The notes under the pieces were generated by a model, which was not told the origin of the DNA, searched no databases, and worked only from the letters and a program-made list of their open reading frames with translations. A stretch of 64,000 bases of DNA, from positions 868,001 through 932,000 of the forward strand of contig OZ025793.1 of assembly GCA_964019425.1 (NCBI GenBank), read 5' to 3'. The translations under genes and the position numbers were made by a program. The stretch comes from Flectonema sp. DT1601 (lineage: Eukaryota). Shown here piece after piece: positions 23,025 to 37,834 of this stretch (position 1 is the stretch's first letter; the number at the start of each line of letters is the position of its first letter).

Positions 23025-25769
23025 CTTTTAATTATTTTAAAGAAAAAACAATCAGTTTAGCGTCTTGACCAGGACGGAAAATAGAAAGTAATCGACATAG
23101 TCGATCGATAAAAAAAAAACAATGATAACATTGTTTATTCCTTTTTTTTTTTTTTTTTTTTTTGTTCTTTTCATTTATTTTTAAAGAAAAAACAATCAGT
23201 TTAGCGTCCTGACCAGGACGGAAAATTGAAAGTGATCGACATAGTCGATCGATAAAAAAACAATGATAACATTGATTAATCTTTTTTTTTTTTTTTTTTT
23301 TTTTTCTTTTTAACCTTTTAATTATTTTTTAAAGAAAAAACAATCAGTTTAGCGTCTTGACCAGGACGGAAAATAGAAAGTGATCGACATAGTCGATCGA
23401 TAAAAAACAATGATAACATTGTTTATTCTTTTTTTTTTTTTTTTTTTTTTTTTAATCCTTTTTATTATTTTAAAGAAAAAACAATCAGTTTAGCGTCTTG
23501 ACCAGGACGGAAAATAGAAAGTGATCGACATAGTCGATCGATAAAAAACAATGATAACATTGTTTATTCTTTTTTTTTTTTTTTTTTTTTTTTTAATCCT
23601 TTTTATTATTTTAAAGAAAAAACAATCAGTTTAGCGTCTTGACCAGGACGGAAAATAGAAAGTGATCGACATAGTCGATCGATAAAAAAACAATGATAAC
23701 ATTGTTTATTCTTTTTTTTTTTTTTTTTTTTAAATTCTTTTTATTTATTTTTAAAGAAAAAAAACGGAAAATAAAAATTAGTCGACAAAGTCGAACGATA
23801 AAAAAAAAACAATGATAACATTGTTTATTCTTTTTGTTTTTGTTTTTTTTTATATTCTTTTTTATTAATTTTGAAAAAAAAACAATCAGTTTAGCGTCTT
23901 GACCAGGACGGAAAATAGAAAGTAATCGACATAGTCGATCGATGAAAAAAAAACAATGATAACATTGTTTATTCTTTTTTTTTTTTTTTTTTTTTAAATT
24001 CTTTTTATTTATTTTTTAAAAAGAAAAAAAACGGAAAATAGAAATTAGTCAACAAAGTCGAACAATAAAAAAAAAAAACAATGATAACATTGTTTATTCT
24101 TTTTTTTTTATTTTTTTTTTATATTCTTTTTTATTAATTTTGAAAAAAAAACAATCAGTTTAGCGTCTTGACCAGGACGGAAAATAGAAAGTGATCGACA
24201 TAGTCGATCGATAAAAAAAAACAATGATAACATTGTTTAATCTTTTTTTTTTTTTTTATTTTTTTTTTAAATCCTTTTTATTATTTTTAAAGAAAAAACA
24301 ATCAGTTTAGCGTCTTGACCAGGACGAAAAATAGAAAGTGATCGACATAGTCGATCGATAAAATAAAAACAATGATAACATTGTTTATTCCTTTTTTCTT
24401 TTTTTTTTATTCTTTTTATTTATTTTTAAAGAAAAAACAATCAGTTTAGCGTCCTGACCAGGACGAAAAATAGAAAGTGATCGACATAGTCGATCGATAA
24501 AAAAACAATGATAACATTGTTTATTCTTCTTTTTTTGTTTTTTTTTTTTTTATTCTTTTTATTTATTTTTTAAAGAAAAAACAATCAGTTTAGCGTCTTG
24601 ACCAGGACGGAAAATAGAAATTAGTCGACAAAGTCGATCGATAACAAAACAATGATAACATTGTTTATTCTTTTTTTTTTTTTTTTTTCTTTTTTATTCT
24701 TTTTATTTATTTTTTAAAGAAAAAACAATCAGTTTAGCGTCCTGACCAGGACGGAAAATAGAAAGTAATCGACATAGTCGATCGATAAAAAAAAACAATG
24801 ATAACATTGTTTAATCTTTTTTTTTTTTTTTTTTTTTTATTCTTTTTATTTATTTAGAAAAAACAATCAGTTTAGCGTCTTGACCAGGACGGAAAATAGA
24901 AATTAGTCGACAAAGTCGATCGATAACAAAACAATGATAACATTGTTTATTCTTTTTTTTTTTTTTTTTTTTAAATTCTTTTTATTTATTTTTTAAGAGA
25001 AAAAAACGGAAAATAGAAATTAGTCGACAAAGTCGAACGATAAAAAAACAATGATAACATTGTTTATTCTTTTTTTTATTTTTTTTTTTTTATAATCTTT
25101 TTTATTAATTTTGAAAAAAAAAAAAACAATCAGTTTAGCGTCTTGACCAGGACGGAAAATAGAAAGTAATCGACATAGTCGATCGATAAAAAAACAATGA
25201 TAACATTGTTTATTCTTTTTTTTTTTTTTTTTTTTTTAAATTCTTTTTATTTATTTTTTAAGAGAAAAAAACGGAAAATAGAAATTAGTCGACAAAGTCG
25301 AACGATAAAAAAACAGTGATAACATTGTTTATTCTTTTTTTTATTTTTTTTTTTTTTATAATCTTTTTTATTAATTTTGAAAAAAAAAACAATCAGTTTA
25401 GCGTCCTGACCAGGACGGAAAATAGAAATTAGTCGACAAAGTCGATCGATAAAAAAACAATGATAACATTGTTTATTCTTTTTTTTTTTTTTTTTTTTTA
25501 AATTCTTTTTATTTATTTTTTAAGAGAAAAAAACGGAAAATAGAAATTAGTCGACAAAGTCGAACGATAAAAAAAACAATGATAACATTGTTTATTCTTT
25601 TTTTTATTTTTTTTTTTTTATATTCTTTTTTATTAATTTTGAAAAAAAAAAAAAAAAAAAACAATCAGTTTAGCGTCTTGACCAGGACGGAAAATAGAAA
25701 GTAATCGACATAGTCGATCGATAAAAAAACAATGATAACATTGTTTATTCTTTTTTTTTTTTTTTTTTT
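22449..25769 (-). mobile_element. 5'-truncated retroelement copy inside a plus-orientation copy (22000-22448 and 25770-26397)
   Basis: Terminus GAATTTCGATAAG at 22449; antisense satellite to ~25769; both flanks are sense-orientation element sequence. Confidence 0.8.
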
Positions 25770-26397
25770 TATCATTGTTTTTTTTTATCGATCGACTCTG
25801 TCGACTAATTTCTATTTTCCGTTTTTTTTCTTTAAATAAAAAATAAATAAAAAGAATTTAAAAAAAAAAAAAAAAAAGATTAAACAATGTTATCATTGTT
25901 TTTTTATCGATCGACTATGTCGATTACTTTCTATTTTCCGTCCTGGTCAAGACGCTAAACTGATTGTTTTTTTTCAAAATTAATAAAAAAGATTATAAAA
26001 AAAAAAATAAAAAAAAAAAGAATAAACAATGTTATCATTATTTTTTCTATCGTTCGACTTTGTCGACTAATTTCTATTTTCCGTTTTTTTTCTTTAAAAA
26101 TAAATAAAAAGAATTTAAAAAACAAAAAAAGAATAAACAATGTTATCATTTTTTTTTTTATCGATCGACTATGTCGATCACTTTCTATTTTCCGTCCTGG
26201 TCAAGACGCTAAACTGATTGTTTTTTTTTTTCAAAATTAAAAAAGAATATAAAAAAAAAAAAATAAAAAAAAAAAAAGAATAAACAATGTTATCATTGTT
26301 TTTTTTATCGATCGACTCTGTCGACTAATTTCTATTTTCTTTTTTTTCTTTAAAAAATAAATAAAAAGAATTTAAAAAAAAAAAAAAAAAAAGAATA

Positions 26398-26794
26398 GAA
26401 TTTCGATAAGTGGGAAGTAACGGACTGGGAGCTTTTGGCTCCTGCCCTATTCCCGACGTAAACTTTCTTTTTATTTTTTTTTTTTTTTTAACAGGCCCAA
26501 AGGGCGACAATGATGGTTGCTGACCAAGGAATAATATTCAAATGAATTTTCGTTTCAAAGAAACGAACAGAATTAAGAGAGAGGTAGAGAAAAAAAAAAA
26601 AAAAAAAAAAAAGAAAGAATAGAAAAAAAATATGAAGAGGAAATAATCAAACATGAAAAAAAAAAAAAAAAATAAAATATAAATAAAAAACGTTGTATGA
26701 AAAAGGAAAAAAAGAAAAAAAAAAAGACCAGAAAAGGAAAGAGAAAATGAAAAGGTATAATATTATTGTGGGGATATGAGGATAGCAGGGAGAT

Positions 26795-26832
<38 letters not shown>

Positions 26833-27509
26833 TTATTATTTAAAAAAAGGAAACAATCAGTTTAGCGTCTCGATCAGGACGGAAAATAGAAATTAATCGA
26901 CATAGTCGATCGATAGAAAAAAAACAATGATAACATTGTTTATTCCTTTTTTTTTTTTTTTTTTTTATTCTTTTTATTTATTTTTAAAGAAAAAACAATC
27001 AGTTTAGCGTCCTGACCAGGACGGAAAATTGAAAGTGATCCACATAGTCGATCGATAGAAAAAAGACAATGATAACATTGTTTATTCTTTTTTTTTTTTT
27101 TTTTTTTTTTTTAAATCCTTTTAATTATTTTAAAGAAAAAACAATCAGTTTAGCGTCTTGACCAGGACGGAAAATAGAAAGTGATCGACATAGTCGATCG
27201 ATAAAAAACAATGATAACATTGTTTATTCCTTTTTTTTTTCTTTTTTTTTTATTCTTTTTATTTATTTTTAAAGAAAAAACAATCAGTTTAGCGTCCTGA
27301 CCAGGACGGAAAATAGAAAGTAATCGACATAGTCGATCGATAAAAAAAAAACAATGATAACATTGTTTATTCCTTTTTTTTTTCTTTTTTTTTATTCTTT
27401 TTATTTATTTTTAAAGAAAAAACAATCAGTTTAGCGTCCTGACCAGGACGGAAAATTGAAAGTGATCGACATAGTCGATCGATAAAAAAACAATGATAAC
27501 ATTGTTTAT

Positions 27510-27540
<31 letters not shown>

Positions 27541-28314
27541 CCTTTTAATTATTTTTTAAAGAAAAAACAATCAGTTTAGCGTCTTGACCAGGACGGAAAA
27601 TAGAAAGTGATCGACATAGTCGATCGATAAAAAACAATGATAACATTGTTTATTCTTTTTTTTTTTTTTTTTTTTTTTTAATCCTTTTTATTATTTTAAA
27701 GAAAAAACAATCAGTTTAGCGTCTTGACCAGGACGGAAAATAGAAAGTGATCGACATAGTCGATCGATAAAAAAACAATGATAACATTGTTTATTCTTTT
27801 TTTTTTTTTTTTTTTAAATTCTTTTTATTTATTTTTAAAGAAAAAAAACGGAAAATAAAAATTAGTCGACAAAGTCGAACGATAAAAAAAAACAATGATA
27901 ACATTGTTTATTCTTTTTTTTTTTGTTTTTTTTTATATTCTTTTTTATTAATTTTGAAAAAAAAACAATCAGTTTAGCGTCTTGACCAGGACGGAAAATA
28001 GAAAGTAATCGACATAGTCGATCGATAAAAAAAACAATGATAACATTGTTTACTCTTTTTTTTTTTTTTTTTTAAATTCTTTTTATTTTAAAAAGAAAAA
28101 AAACGGAAAATAGAAATTAGTCAACAAAGTCGAACGATAAAAAAAAAAACAATGATAACATTGTTTATTCTTTTTTTTTTATTTTTTTTTTTATATTCTT
28201 TTTTATTAATTTTGAAAAAAAAAACAATCAGTTTAGCGTCTTGACCAGGACGGAAAATAGAAAGTGATCGACATAGTCGATCGATAAAAAAAAAACAATG
28301 ATAACATTGTTTAT

Positions 28315-28351
<37 letters not shown>

Positions 28352-30732
28352 CTTTTTTTTTTTTTAAAGAAAAAACAATCAGTTTAGCGTCTTGACCAGG
28401 ACGGAAAATAGAAAGTAATCGACATAGTCGATCGATAAAAAAAACAATGATAACATTGTTTATTCTTTTTTTTTTTTTTTTTAAATCTTTTTATTTATTT
28501 TTTAAAAAGAAAAAAAAAAAACGGAAAATAGAAATTAGTCAACAACGTCGAACGATAAAAAAAAAAACAATGATAACATTGTTTATTCTTTTTTTTTTTA
28601 TTTTTTTTTGTATTCTTTTTTATTAATTTTGAAAAAAAAACAATCAGTTTTGCGTCTTGACCAGGACGGAAAATAGAAAGTGATCGACATAGTCGATCGA
28701 TAAAAAAACAATGATAACATTGTTTATTCTTTTTTTTTTTTTTTTTTTTTTTAAATCCTTTTTATTATTTTTAAAGAAAAAACAATCAGTTTAGCGTCTT
28801 GACCAGGACGAAAAATAGAAAGTGATCGACATAGTCGATCGATAAAAAAACAATGATAACATTGTTTATTCTTTTTTTTTTTTTTCTTCTTTTTTTTAAA
28901 TCCTTCTTTTTATTTTTTAAAGAAAAAACAATCAGTTTAGCGTCTTGACCAGGACGGAAAATAGAAAGTAATCGACATAGTCGATCGATAAAATAAAAAC
29001 AATGATAACATTGTTTATTCCTTTTTTTTTTTTTTTTATTCTTTTTATTTATTTTTAAAGAAAAAAACGGAAAATAGAAAGTAATCGACATAGTCGATCG
29101 ATAAAAAAACAATGATAACATTGTTTATTCTTTTTTTTTTTTTTTTTTTTTTAAATTCTTTTTATTTATTTTTTAAGAAAAAAACGGAGAATAGAAATTA
29201 GTCGACAAAGTCGAACGATAAAAAAACAATGATAACATTGTTTATTCTTTTTTTTATTTTTTTTTTTATATTCTTTTTTATTAATTTTGAAAAAAAAAAA
29301 AAAACAATCAGTTTAGCGTCTTGACCAGGACGGAAAATAGAAAGTAATCGACATAGTCGATCGATAAAAATACAATGATAACATTGTTTAATCTTTTATA
29401 ATTTTTTATTTTTTTTTTTGTTTTAAAAAAAAAAAAAAAAAACAAGCGGAATTGATCATAATGGGTGGTAGGGGTTGTTATAACTTCGTTTGAAAATTCT
29501 TCTTTTTTGATTTCTTTTTTTTTTTCTTTTTACAGGAGTTAAGATCACTTTCAGGAGACAACACATTAACAAGAGCAGCAAGCAGAGTTGACACTATCAA
29601 TTCAAATTTGAAATACCGGGAATTAATTTACAAGGAGGTATCTCAAGTGACTTGGTATCTCTAGCGTGTCGGTATCTCTGGAGTGCTGGTATCTCGTATG
29701 TGCGTTGGTATCTCATGAGTGATGGTATCTCTTGTGCATTAGAGAAACGAAAAAGAATGTCATGACCATGACGGAAGAATTGAGGAATTGAGTTAACATG
29801 TTCAATTTAACTTATTTAAACTTTTTTTTTTTTTTTAACAGACCGTAACTATTTGAAAATAAAATGTAGATGGGAAACAGTGAAAAGTAAAATGGATGAT
29901 AAAATTAAATGAGAAATATGACATAACAGACCAGATAGAGAGTATTAAAAGGAAATTGAAAAGGAAAAGAGAAACTAGGTTAACACTTATTTAAAATTAA
30001 GACCGGTTAGTCAGTTTAAGGTCTTGACTAGGACCAACAAAAAAGAAAGAAAAAAAAATTTAACGATCAAGCTGAGCTGATCTTGTTTTTATTACAAATA
30101 GGGGAGCGGGAGGGATGGAAGGAATAGAGGAAAAAAAAAAGAAAAGGTTGATCAATTGGATCTGATCGTCGAGAAGAGGAAATTTTTTTAAAGGTTGATC
30201 GGTATAGCCGATCGTTGAGAAAAATAAACAGATATAAATACAATCAGTTTAAATTAAAAAAAGAAAAAAAGATTAACGATCAAGCTGAGCTGATCTTGTT
30301 TTTATTACAAATAGGGGAGCGGGAGGGATGGAGCTGAATTTCGATAAGTGGGAAGTAACGGACTGGGAGCTTTTGGCTCCTGCCCTATTCCCGACGTAAA
30401 CTTTCTTTTTATTTTTTTTTTTTTTTTAACAGGCCCAAAGGGCGACAATGATGGTTGCTGACCAAGGAATAATATTCAAATGAATTTTCGTTTCAAAGAA
30501 ACGAACAGAATTAAGAGAGAGGTAGAGAAAAAAAAAAAAAAAAAAAAAAAGAAAGAATAGAAAAAAAATATGAAGAGGAAATAATCAAACATGAAAAAAA
30601 AAAAAAAAAATAAAATATAAATAAAAAACGTTGTATGAAAAAGGAAAAAAAGAAAAAAAAAAAGACCAGAAAAGGAAAGAGAAAATGAAAAGGTATAATA
30701 TTATTGTGGGGATATGAGGATAGCAGGGAGAT

Positions 30733-30770
<38 letters not shown>

Positions 30771-31023
30771 TTATTATTTAAAAAAAGGAAACAATCAGTT
30801 TAGCGTCTCGATCAGGACGGAAAATAGAAATTAATCGACATAGTCGATCGATAGAAAAAAAACAATGATAACATTGTTTATTCCTTTTTTTTTTTTTTTT
30901 TTTTATTCTTTTTATTTATTTTTAAAGAAAAAACAATCAGTTTAGCGTCCTGACCAGGACGGAAAATTGAAAGTGATCCACATAGTCGATCGATAGAAAA
31001 AAGACAATGATAACATTGTTTAT

Positions 31024-31056
<33 letters not shown>

Positions 31057-31448
31057 CTTTTAATTATTTTAAAGAAAAAACAATCAGTTTAGCGTCTTGA
31101 CCAGGACGGAAAATAGAAAGTGATCGACATAGTCGATCGATAAAAAACAATGATAACATTGTTTATTCCTTTTTTTTTTCTTTTTTTTTTATTCTTTTTA
31201 TTTATTTTTAAAGAAAAAACAATCAGTTTAGCGTCCTGACCAGGACGGAAAATAGAAAGTAATCGACATAGTCGATCGATAAAAAAAAAACAATGATAAC
31301 ATTGTTTATTCCTTTTTTTTTTCTTTTTTTTTATTCTTTTTATTTATTTTTAAAGAAAAAACAATCAGTTTAGCGTCCTGACCAGGACGGAAAATTGAAA
31401 GTGATCGACATAGTCGATCGATAAAAAAACAATGATAACATTGTTTAT

Positions 31449-31479
<31 letters not shown>

Positions 31480-32253
31480 CCTTTTAATTATTTTTTAAAG
31501 AAAAAACAATCAGTTTAGCGTCTTGACCAGGACGGAAAATAGAAAGTGATCGACATAGTCGATCGATAAAAAACAATGATAACATTGTTTATTCTTTTTT
31601 TTTTTTTTTTTTTTTTTTAATCCTTTTTATTATTTTAAAGAAAAAACAATCAGTTTAGCGTCTTGACCAGGACGGAAAATAGAAAGTGATCGACATAGTC
31701 GATCGATAAAAAAACAATGATAACATTGTTTATTCTTTTTTTTTTTTTTTTTTTAAATTCTTTTTATTTATTTTTAAAGAAAAAAAACGGAAAATAAAAA
31801 TTAGTCGACAAAGTCGAACGATAAAAAAAAACAATGATAACATTGTTTATTCTTTTTTTTTTTGTTTTTTTTTATATTCTTTTTTATTAATTTTGAAAAA
31901 AAAACAATCAGTTTAGCGTCTTGACCAGGACGGAAAATAGAAAGTAATCGACATAGTCGATCGATAAAAAAAACAATGATAACATTGTTTACTCTTTTTT
32001 TTTTTTTTTTTTAAATTCTTTTTATTTTAAAAAGAAAAAAAACGGAAAATAGAAATTAGTCAACAAAGTCGAACGATAAAAAAAAAAACAATGATAACAT
32101 TGTTTATTCTTTTTTTTTTATTTTTTTTTTTATATTCTTTTTTATTAATTTTGAAAAAAAAAACAATCAGTTTAGCGTCTTGACCAGGACGGAAAATAGA
32201 AAGTGATCGACATAGTCGATCGATAAAAAAAAAACAATGATAACATTGTTTAT

Positions 32254-32290
<37 letters not shown>

Positions 32291-34153
32291 CTTTTTTTTT
32301 TTTTAAAGAAAAAACAATCAGTTTAGCGTCTTGACCAGGACGGAAAATAGAAAGTAATCGACATAGTCGATCGATAAAAAAAACAATGATAACATTGTTT
32401 ATTCTTTTTTTTTTTTTTTTTAAATCTTTTTATTTATTTTTTAAAAAGAAAAAAAAAAAACGGAAAATAGAAATTAGTCAACAACGTCGAACGATAAAAA
32501 AAAAAACAATGATAACATTGTTTATTCTTTTTTTTTTTATTTTTTTTTGTATTCTTTTTTATTAATTTTGAAAAAAAAACAATCAGTTTTAGGAATAGAG
32601 GAAAAAAAAAGAAAAGGTTGATCAATTGGATCTGATCGTCGAGAAGAAGAAATTATTTTAAAGGTTGATCGGTATAGCCGATCGTCGAGAAAAATAAACA
32701 GATATAAATACAATCAGTTTAAATTAAAAAAAGAAAAAAAGATTAACGATCAAGCTGAGCTGATCTTGTTTTTATTTAAAATTAGGGGAGCGGGAGGGAT
32801 GGAAGGAATAAAGGAAAAAAAAAAAAAAAAAAGGTCGATCAATTGGATCTGATCGTCGAGAAGAAGAAAACAATTATTTATAAAAAAAAAATGGTCGGTA
32901 TAGCCGATCGTTGAGAAAAGAACAGATATAAATACAATCGGTTTTGGTGATCGACGAGTGGAGCGATCACTTGACAAGAAGGAAAAAGAAAGGACCGATT
33001 AATTGGGGCTTTGATTGTATTCCCAAGGCATGTTTTTTTTTTTTTTTTTTTTATTATTCATTTACATTATTATTTTTTTTTTTTTTTTTTAAATTAATAA
33101 TCACATTTTGTTCAAAAATATTTCATATTAGAGTAAAAGAAAAAGAAAAAAAGAAATAAGAGAAAAAAAAAAAAAAAAAAAACCATTGCTGGCCCCCTCA
33201 CCACTCATAGAGGATGAGGAGGCCAGTAAGGCGTCACTCAAATCTATGCCAAGCCTTGGGAACTTGGATTGGGGTTTAGACCATTTATAATTAACAATTA
33301 ACAATTAACCTGATTAACGTTATGATCTGACGGACATAAACATATCGATAAAATAATACAAACAAAAACGAACAATAAATAATAAATAAGCTAAAAAACT
33401 AACTAAACAAAGTGATGTGAAAGTAAGGAAAAAGAGAATTACAAGGGGGTGGAGTCACCGTGAACGTCATCAGCAGAACATCTCCTTCGATTGTAACGAT
33501 ATCTTGATGGAGGGGTTCGTTTTTTCAGAGTTGAACGCTCAGACTTTCTCGGCGGAGTTTCATTTTCCTCATGTTCTTCTGTGTCTGGCGGACTCAAACC
33601 TTCTGCCCATGAAGCTAATTGGAACTTCAGGGCCGCAATTTGAGACCGTGCCAAGGCGAGTTGAGCATTTAAATCGCTCGCCAGTCCCGTTAACATCATG
33701 GATTGCTCAAGCTGCTCTGCGTGAGTTGTACACCGTTGGTGATTCAGCTCCGAGAGGCGAAGTTGGGCATCCAGAAGTTGTTCTGAGAGCTCTGCCGCTT
33801 TCTCGTTTGTTTCGAGAGAGTCATCTACTGCTCGACAGTAGTTCTCGAGTAAGTCAATCCTACCCTCGGACCATTGTCTCGCAATAGGTGTATTCTCTTT
33901 AACGGAGATAACGTGACTCTCTTGTCGTAAAATCTTGGTCGGCGTGCGGTCGAGAGCTTCACTCTGCGGCATTGTCGGAGGAATTGAGGCTAGAGGACAA
34001 AGAGGGGTGATATAATTAAGGGTAGGGATAAGGGGTTTAATAAGAGGAGTAAAAAGACTACTCGTAGTTGTAAAGAGCGAGAGGTAGTTCTTTGCTATCT
34101 TCATCATAGCAACAGATTCATACAGAACGGGGGTTCGGGGGGAAACTTGTTGA
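26398..34153 (-). mobile_element. Long 5'-truncated retroelement copy (ORF C-terminus through entire 3' region) with a nested copy at 30336-32590
   Basis: Colinear in reverse with ~46790-53205: ORF tail 34107-33439, UTR, hairpin sub-repeats, GAGATACC cluster, satellite 29390-26860, terminus. Confidence 0.88.
30336..32590 (-). mobile_element. Nested 2.25-kb 3' fragment, near-identical to 26398-28651
   Basis: Shares rare variants (CCCGACGTA, GAGGTAGAG, GATCCACATAG). Its flanks GGAGGGATGGA and AGGAATAGAGG rejoin into the uninterrupted sequence seen at ~30110-30130. Confidence 0.85.
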
Positions 34154-34178
34154 TTAAAAAAAAAAAAAAAAAAGAATA

Positions 34179-34434
34179 GAATTTCGATAAAGTGGGAAGT
34201 AACGGACTGGGAGCTTTTGGCTCCTGCCCTATTCCCGATGTAAACTTTCTTTTTATTTTATTTTTTTTTAACAGGCCCAAAGGGCGACAATGATGGTTGC
34301 TGACCAAGGAATAATATTCAAATGAATTTTCGTTTCAAAGAAACGAACAGAATTAAGAGAGAGGCAGAGGAAAAAAAAAAAAAAAGAAAGAAAAGAAAAG
34401 AAAAAAAAAAATGAAGAGGAAATAATCAAACATG

Positions 34435-34466
<32 letters not shown>

Positions 34467-34467
34467 A
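34179..34467 (-). mobile_element. Inverted ~290-bp 3'-terminal fragment fused to the 5' end of the 34468-41930 copy
   Basis: Reverse complement of ~41640-41930, with the same TTTATCGAAATTC and ATATAT variants. Confidence 0.8.
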
Positions 34468-34624
34468 ACATGCCTTGGGAATACAACCAAAGCCCCAATT
34501 AATCGGTCCTTTCTTTTTTCCTTCTTGTCAAGTGATCGCTCCACTCGTCGATCACCAAAATCGATTGTATTTATATCTGTTCTTTTCTCAACGATCGGCT
34601 ATACCGATCATTTTTTTAAAAACA

Positions 34625-36780
34625 GGGATAATCCCTGCCAGAGGGGCGAGTATTCTACCATGGTTGAAATACTCTGGCAACTGATCTTCAATTTTATGTT
34701 GTTTGTTAGCTGCTGGTGTATCCTGATCATGTGTTGATACTTGCATTTTTTTATTTGTAATCTTCTATTGCAATTCTCTTTCTGTTCTGGTCTGTTACTT
34801 CATTTGTCTTGTTTAACTTCAGTTATATCCATTTTACTTTTTATTGTTTCCCATCTACTTTTTATTTTCTATTAGTTCTGGTCAGAAACTCCTGGGCAGC
34901 AAGAAGGAAAGCAGTTTAGTACTTCTGGGTGTTTGGCATCACCCCCCATAGTGAGCAAGTACAACAGGTAGCATTGGTAGTCTGTTGATCCTGAGTGATC
35001 CCAGCTACAGTTTTGTTTTTCTTTCTTTTTTTTAGAAGAAGATCAGGACATCCAAGCACTGCTGGATAGTTGCTGAATGCAGGGCCTGCCTGTGGCATTA
35101 TAATAACAGGCTAAGTCATTTGTAGTTCATAGTTTACCTTTGATTTTATAACTTCACACAGGGTACTATGAACGATGAGAGATCCAGTGGGGTCACTCAG
35201 GGTCTAGTAGAGACCACCAATGTTGTGCGTTGATAGGCAAGGTGACCAACCTTGACATTCTTTCTTTTCTCTCCTGTTGTGACAAACACAAAATACACAC
35301 ACAGCTTACAGTGTGTTCTTTGTGTATGTTTTCTTCAGGTGTGAGTAGTTTTTTTTGTTCTTGCTCTTCAGGGAGGGCCTTAGCCAAAAGCTAACAGTCC
35401 AAATCTCACCTGGAAATTCAACTCAGTCCTTGTCAGTTTTGGCATCAAACTTGTAATGGTTTAATCATTACAGGTTATTTACTGAAATATTTGTTCTAAA
35501 AGTTGCTAAGTATTTCTCACTTAGAATTTTTTTATTTTTTTATTTTCAGCTTAATTAGCTACAAATTGTTTCTACTAAGTGTTTCTCACTTAGATTTTTT
35601 TTTTGCTTTTCAGCTCCTAAAAACTGCTAAGTGTTTCTGCTAAGTGTTTCTCACTTAGAATTTTATTGTTATGTTCGTTTTCTATCCCTTCTCCTATCCC
35701 TTTTGTTCAAAATAAGCGGGAGGAAATTCTCTCATTCACGCTAAGATGCACTCTGAACTTTGATTTTTTGATCTGAGTGTGAGGGAATGACCTGTTAGTG
35801 CATTGGGCATAGGCTGGGCTGCAGTTTAGATGTCTTAGGTGTTAATAGGGGGTTCCTCTTAGCATTTTTCTTTGTTCCCACCTTATGATTTTCTTGAAGA
35901 AAAAAAATAGAAGTCATAATGGTGCTTCCCTCTGGAAGGGTTGTAAGCCATGGTGTCCAACTAGATTAAAGGACAAGTCTGGGATAATCCCTGCCAGAGG
36001 GGCGAGTATTCTACCATGGTTGAAATACTCTGGCAACTGATCTTCAATTTTATGTTGTTTGTTAGCTGCTGGTGTATCCTGATCATGTGTTGATACTTGC
36101 ATTTTTTTATTTGTAATCTTCTATTGCAATTCTCTTTCTGTTCTGGTCTGTTACTTCATTTGTCTTGTTTAACTTCAGTTATATCCATTTTACTTTTTAT
36201 TGTTTCCCATCTACTTTTTATTTTCTATTAGTTCTGGTCAGAAACTCCTGGGCAGCAAGAAGGAAAGCAGTTTAGTACTTCTGGGTGTTTGGCATCACCC
36301 CCCATAGTGAGCAAGTACAACAGGTAGCATTGGTAGTCTGTTGATCCTGAGTGATCCCAGCTACAGTTTTGTTTTTCTTTCTTTTTTTTAGAAGAAGATC
36401 AGGACATCCAAGCACTGCTGGATAGTTGCTGAATGCAGGGCCTGCCTGTGGCATTATAATAACAGGCTAAGTCATTTGTAGTTCATAGTTTACCTTTGAT
36501 TTTATAACTTCACACAGGGTACTATGAACGATGAGAGATCCAGTGGGGTCACTCAGGGTCTAGTAGAGACCACCAATGTTGTGCGTTGATAGGCAAGGTG
36601 ACCAACCTTGACATTCTTTCTTTTCTCTCCTGTTGTGACAAACACAAAATACACACACAGCTTACAGTGTGTTCTTTGTGTATGTTTTCTTCAGGTGTGA
36701 GTAGTTTTTTTTGTTCTTGCTCTTCAGGGAGGGCCTTAGCCAAAAGCTAACAGTCCAAATCTCACCTGGAAATTCAACTC
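34625..36780. repeat. 1356-bp-period non-coding repeat (800-bp direct repeats flanking a 556-bp core)
   Basis: 34625-35424 equals 35981-36780; further copies at ~57222-58752 and ~59032-59850. Confidence 0.9.
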
Positions 36781-37834
36781 TTGTTTTCTTCTTCTCGACG
36801 ATCAGATCCAATTGATCGACCTTTTCTTTTTTTTTCCCTTTATTCCTTCCATCCCTCCCGCTCCCCTTATTTTAATAAAAACAAGATCAGCTCAGCTTGA
36901 TCGTTAAACTTTTTTTTTTTTAATTTATTTATTTTTTTTTTTTTTATTTAAACTGATTGTATTTATATCTGGTTATTTTTCTCAACGATCGGCTATGCCG
37001 ATCGACCTTTAAAATAATTGTCTTCTTCTTCTCGACGACCAGATCCAATTGATCGACCTTTTCTTTTTTTTTCCTTTATTCCTTCCATCCCTCCCGCTCC
37101 CCTTATTTTAATAAAAACAAGATCAGCTCAGCTTGATCGTTATTTATTTATTTATTTATATTTTTTTTTTTTTTGTTGGTCCTAGTCAAGACCTTAAACT
37201 GACTAATCGGTCTTAACTTTAACTAAGTGAATGAACCCTTTCCGTTTTCCTTTTCCCTTTATTACTCTCTATCTGGTCTGTTATGTCATAAATCTCATTT
37301 AATTTTATCATTCATTTTAATTTTCACTGTTTCCCATCTACATTTTATTTTCAAATAGTTCCGGTCTGTCTCTGATGATAAATAAAACTGATCATGTTAA
37401 CTCAATATTTTTTTTTATTATGTGCAAGAGATACCAACACGCAAGAGATACCAACGCACATACGAGATACCAGCACTTCCGAGATACCGACACACAAGAG
37501 ATACCAAGACACTTAAGATACCAGCAAGGACAGTGAGAGGTAGAATGAACTCTCCTCCTTGTGTCCGATCCTGATTATTTTTTGTTGAATTGGTAGTGTT
37601 ACCTCATTTTGCTACTCTCGTATCTGTGTTGTGTTAACTCATGTAAGTGATCTTAACTCCTGTTAAATAAAAAAAAAAATTTCAAAAAAAAAGAAATTAA
37701 AAAAGAAGAATTTTCAAATGAAGTTATATCAACCCCTGCCACCCATTATGATCAATTCCGCTTGTTTTTTTTTTTTTTTTTTTTTCTTCTTTCTTTTCTT
37801 CAAATATAAAAAAAAATTAAAAAATATAAAAGAT

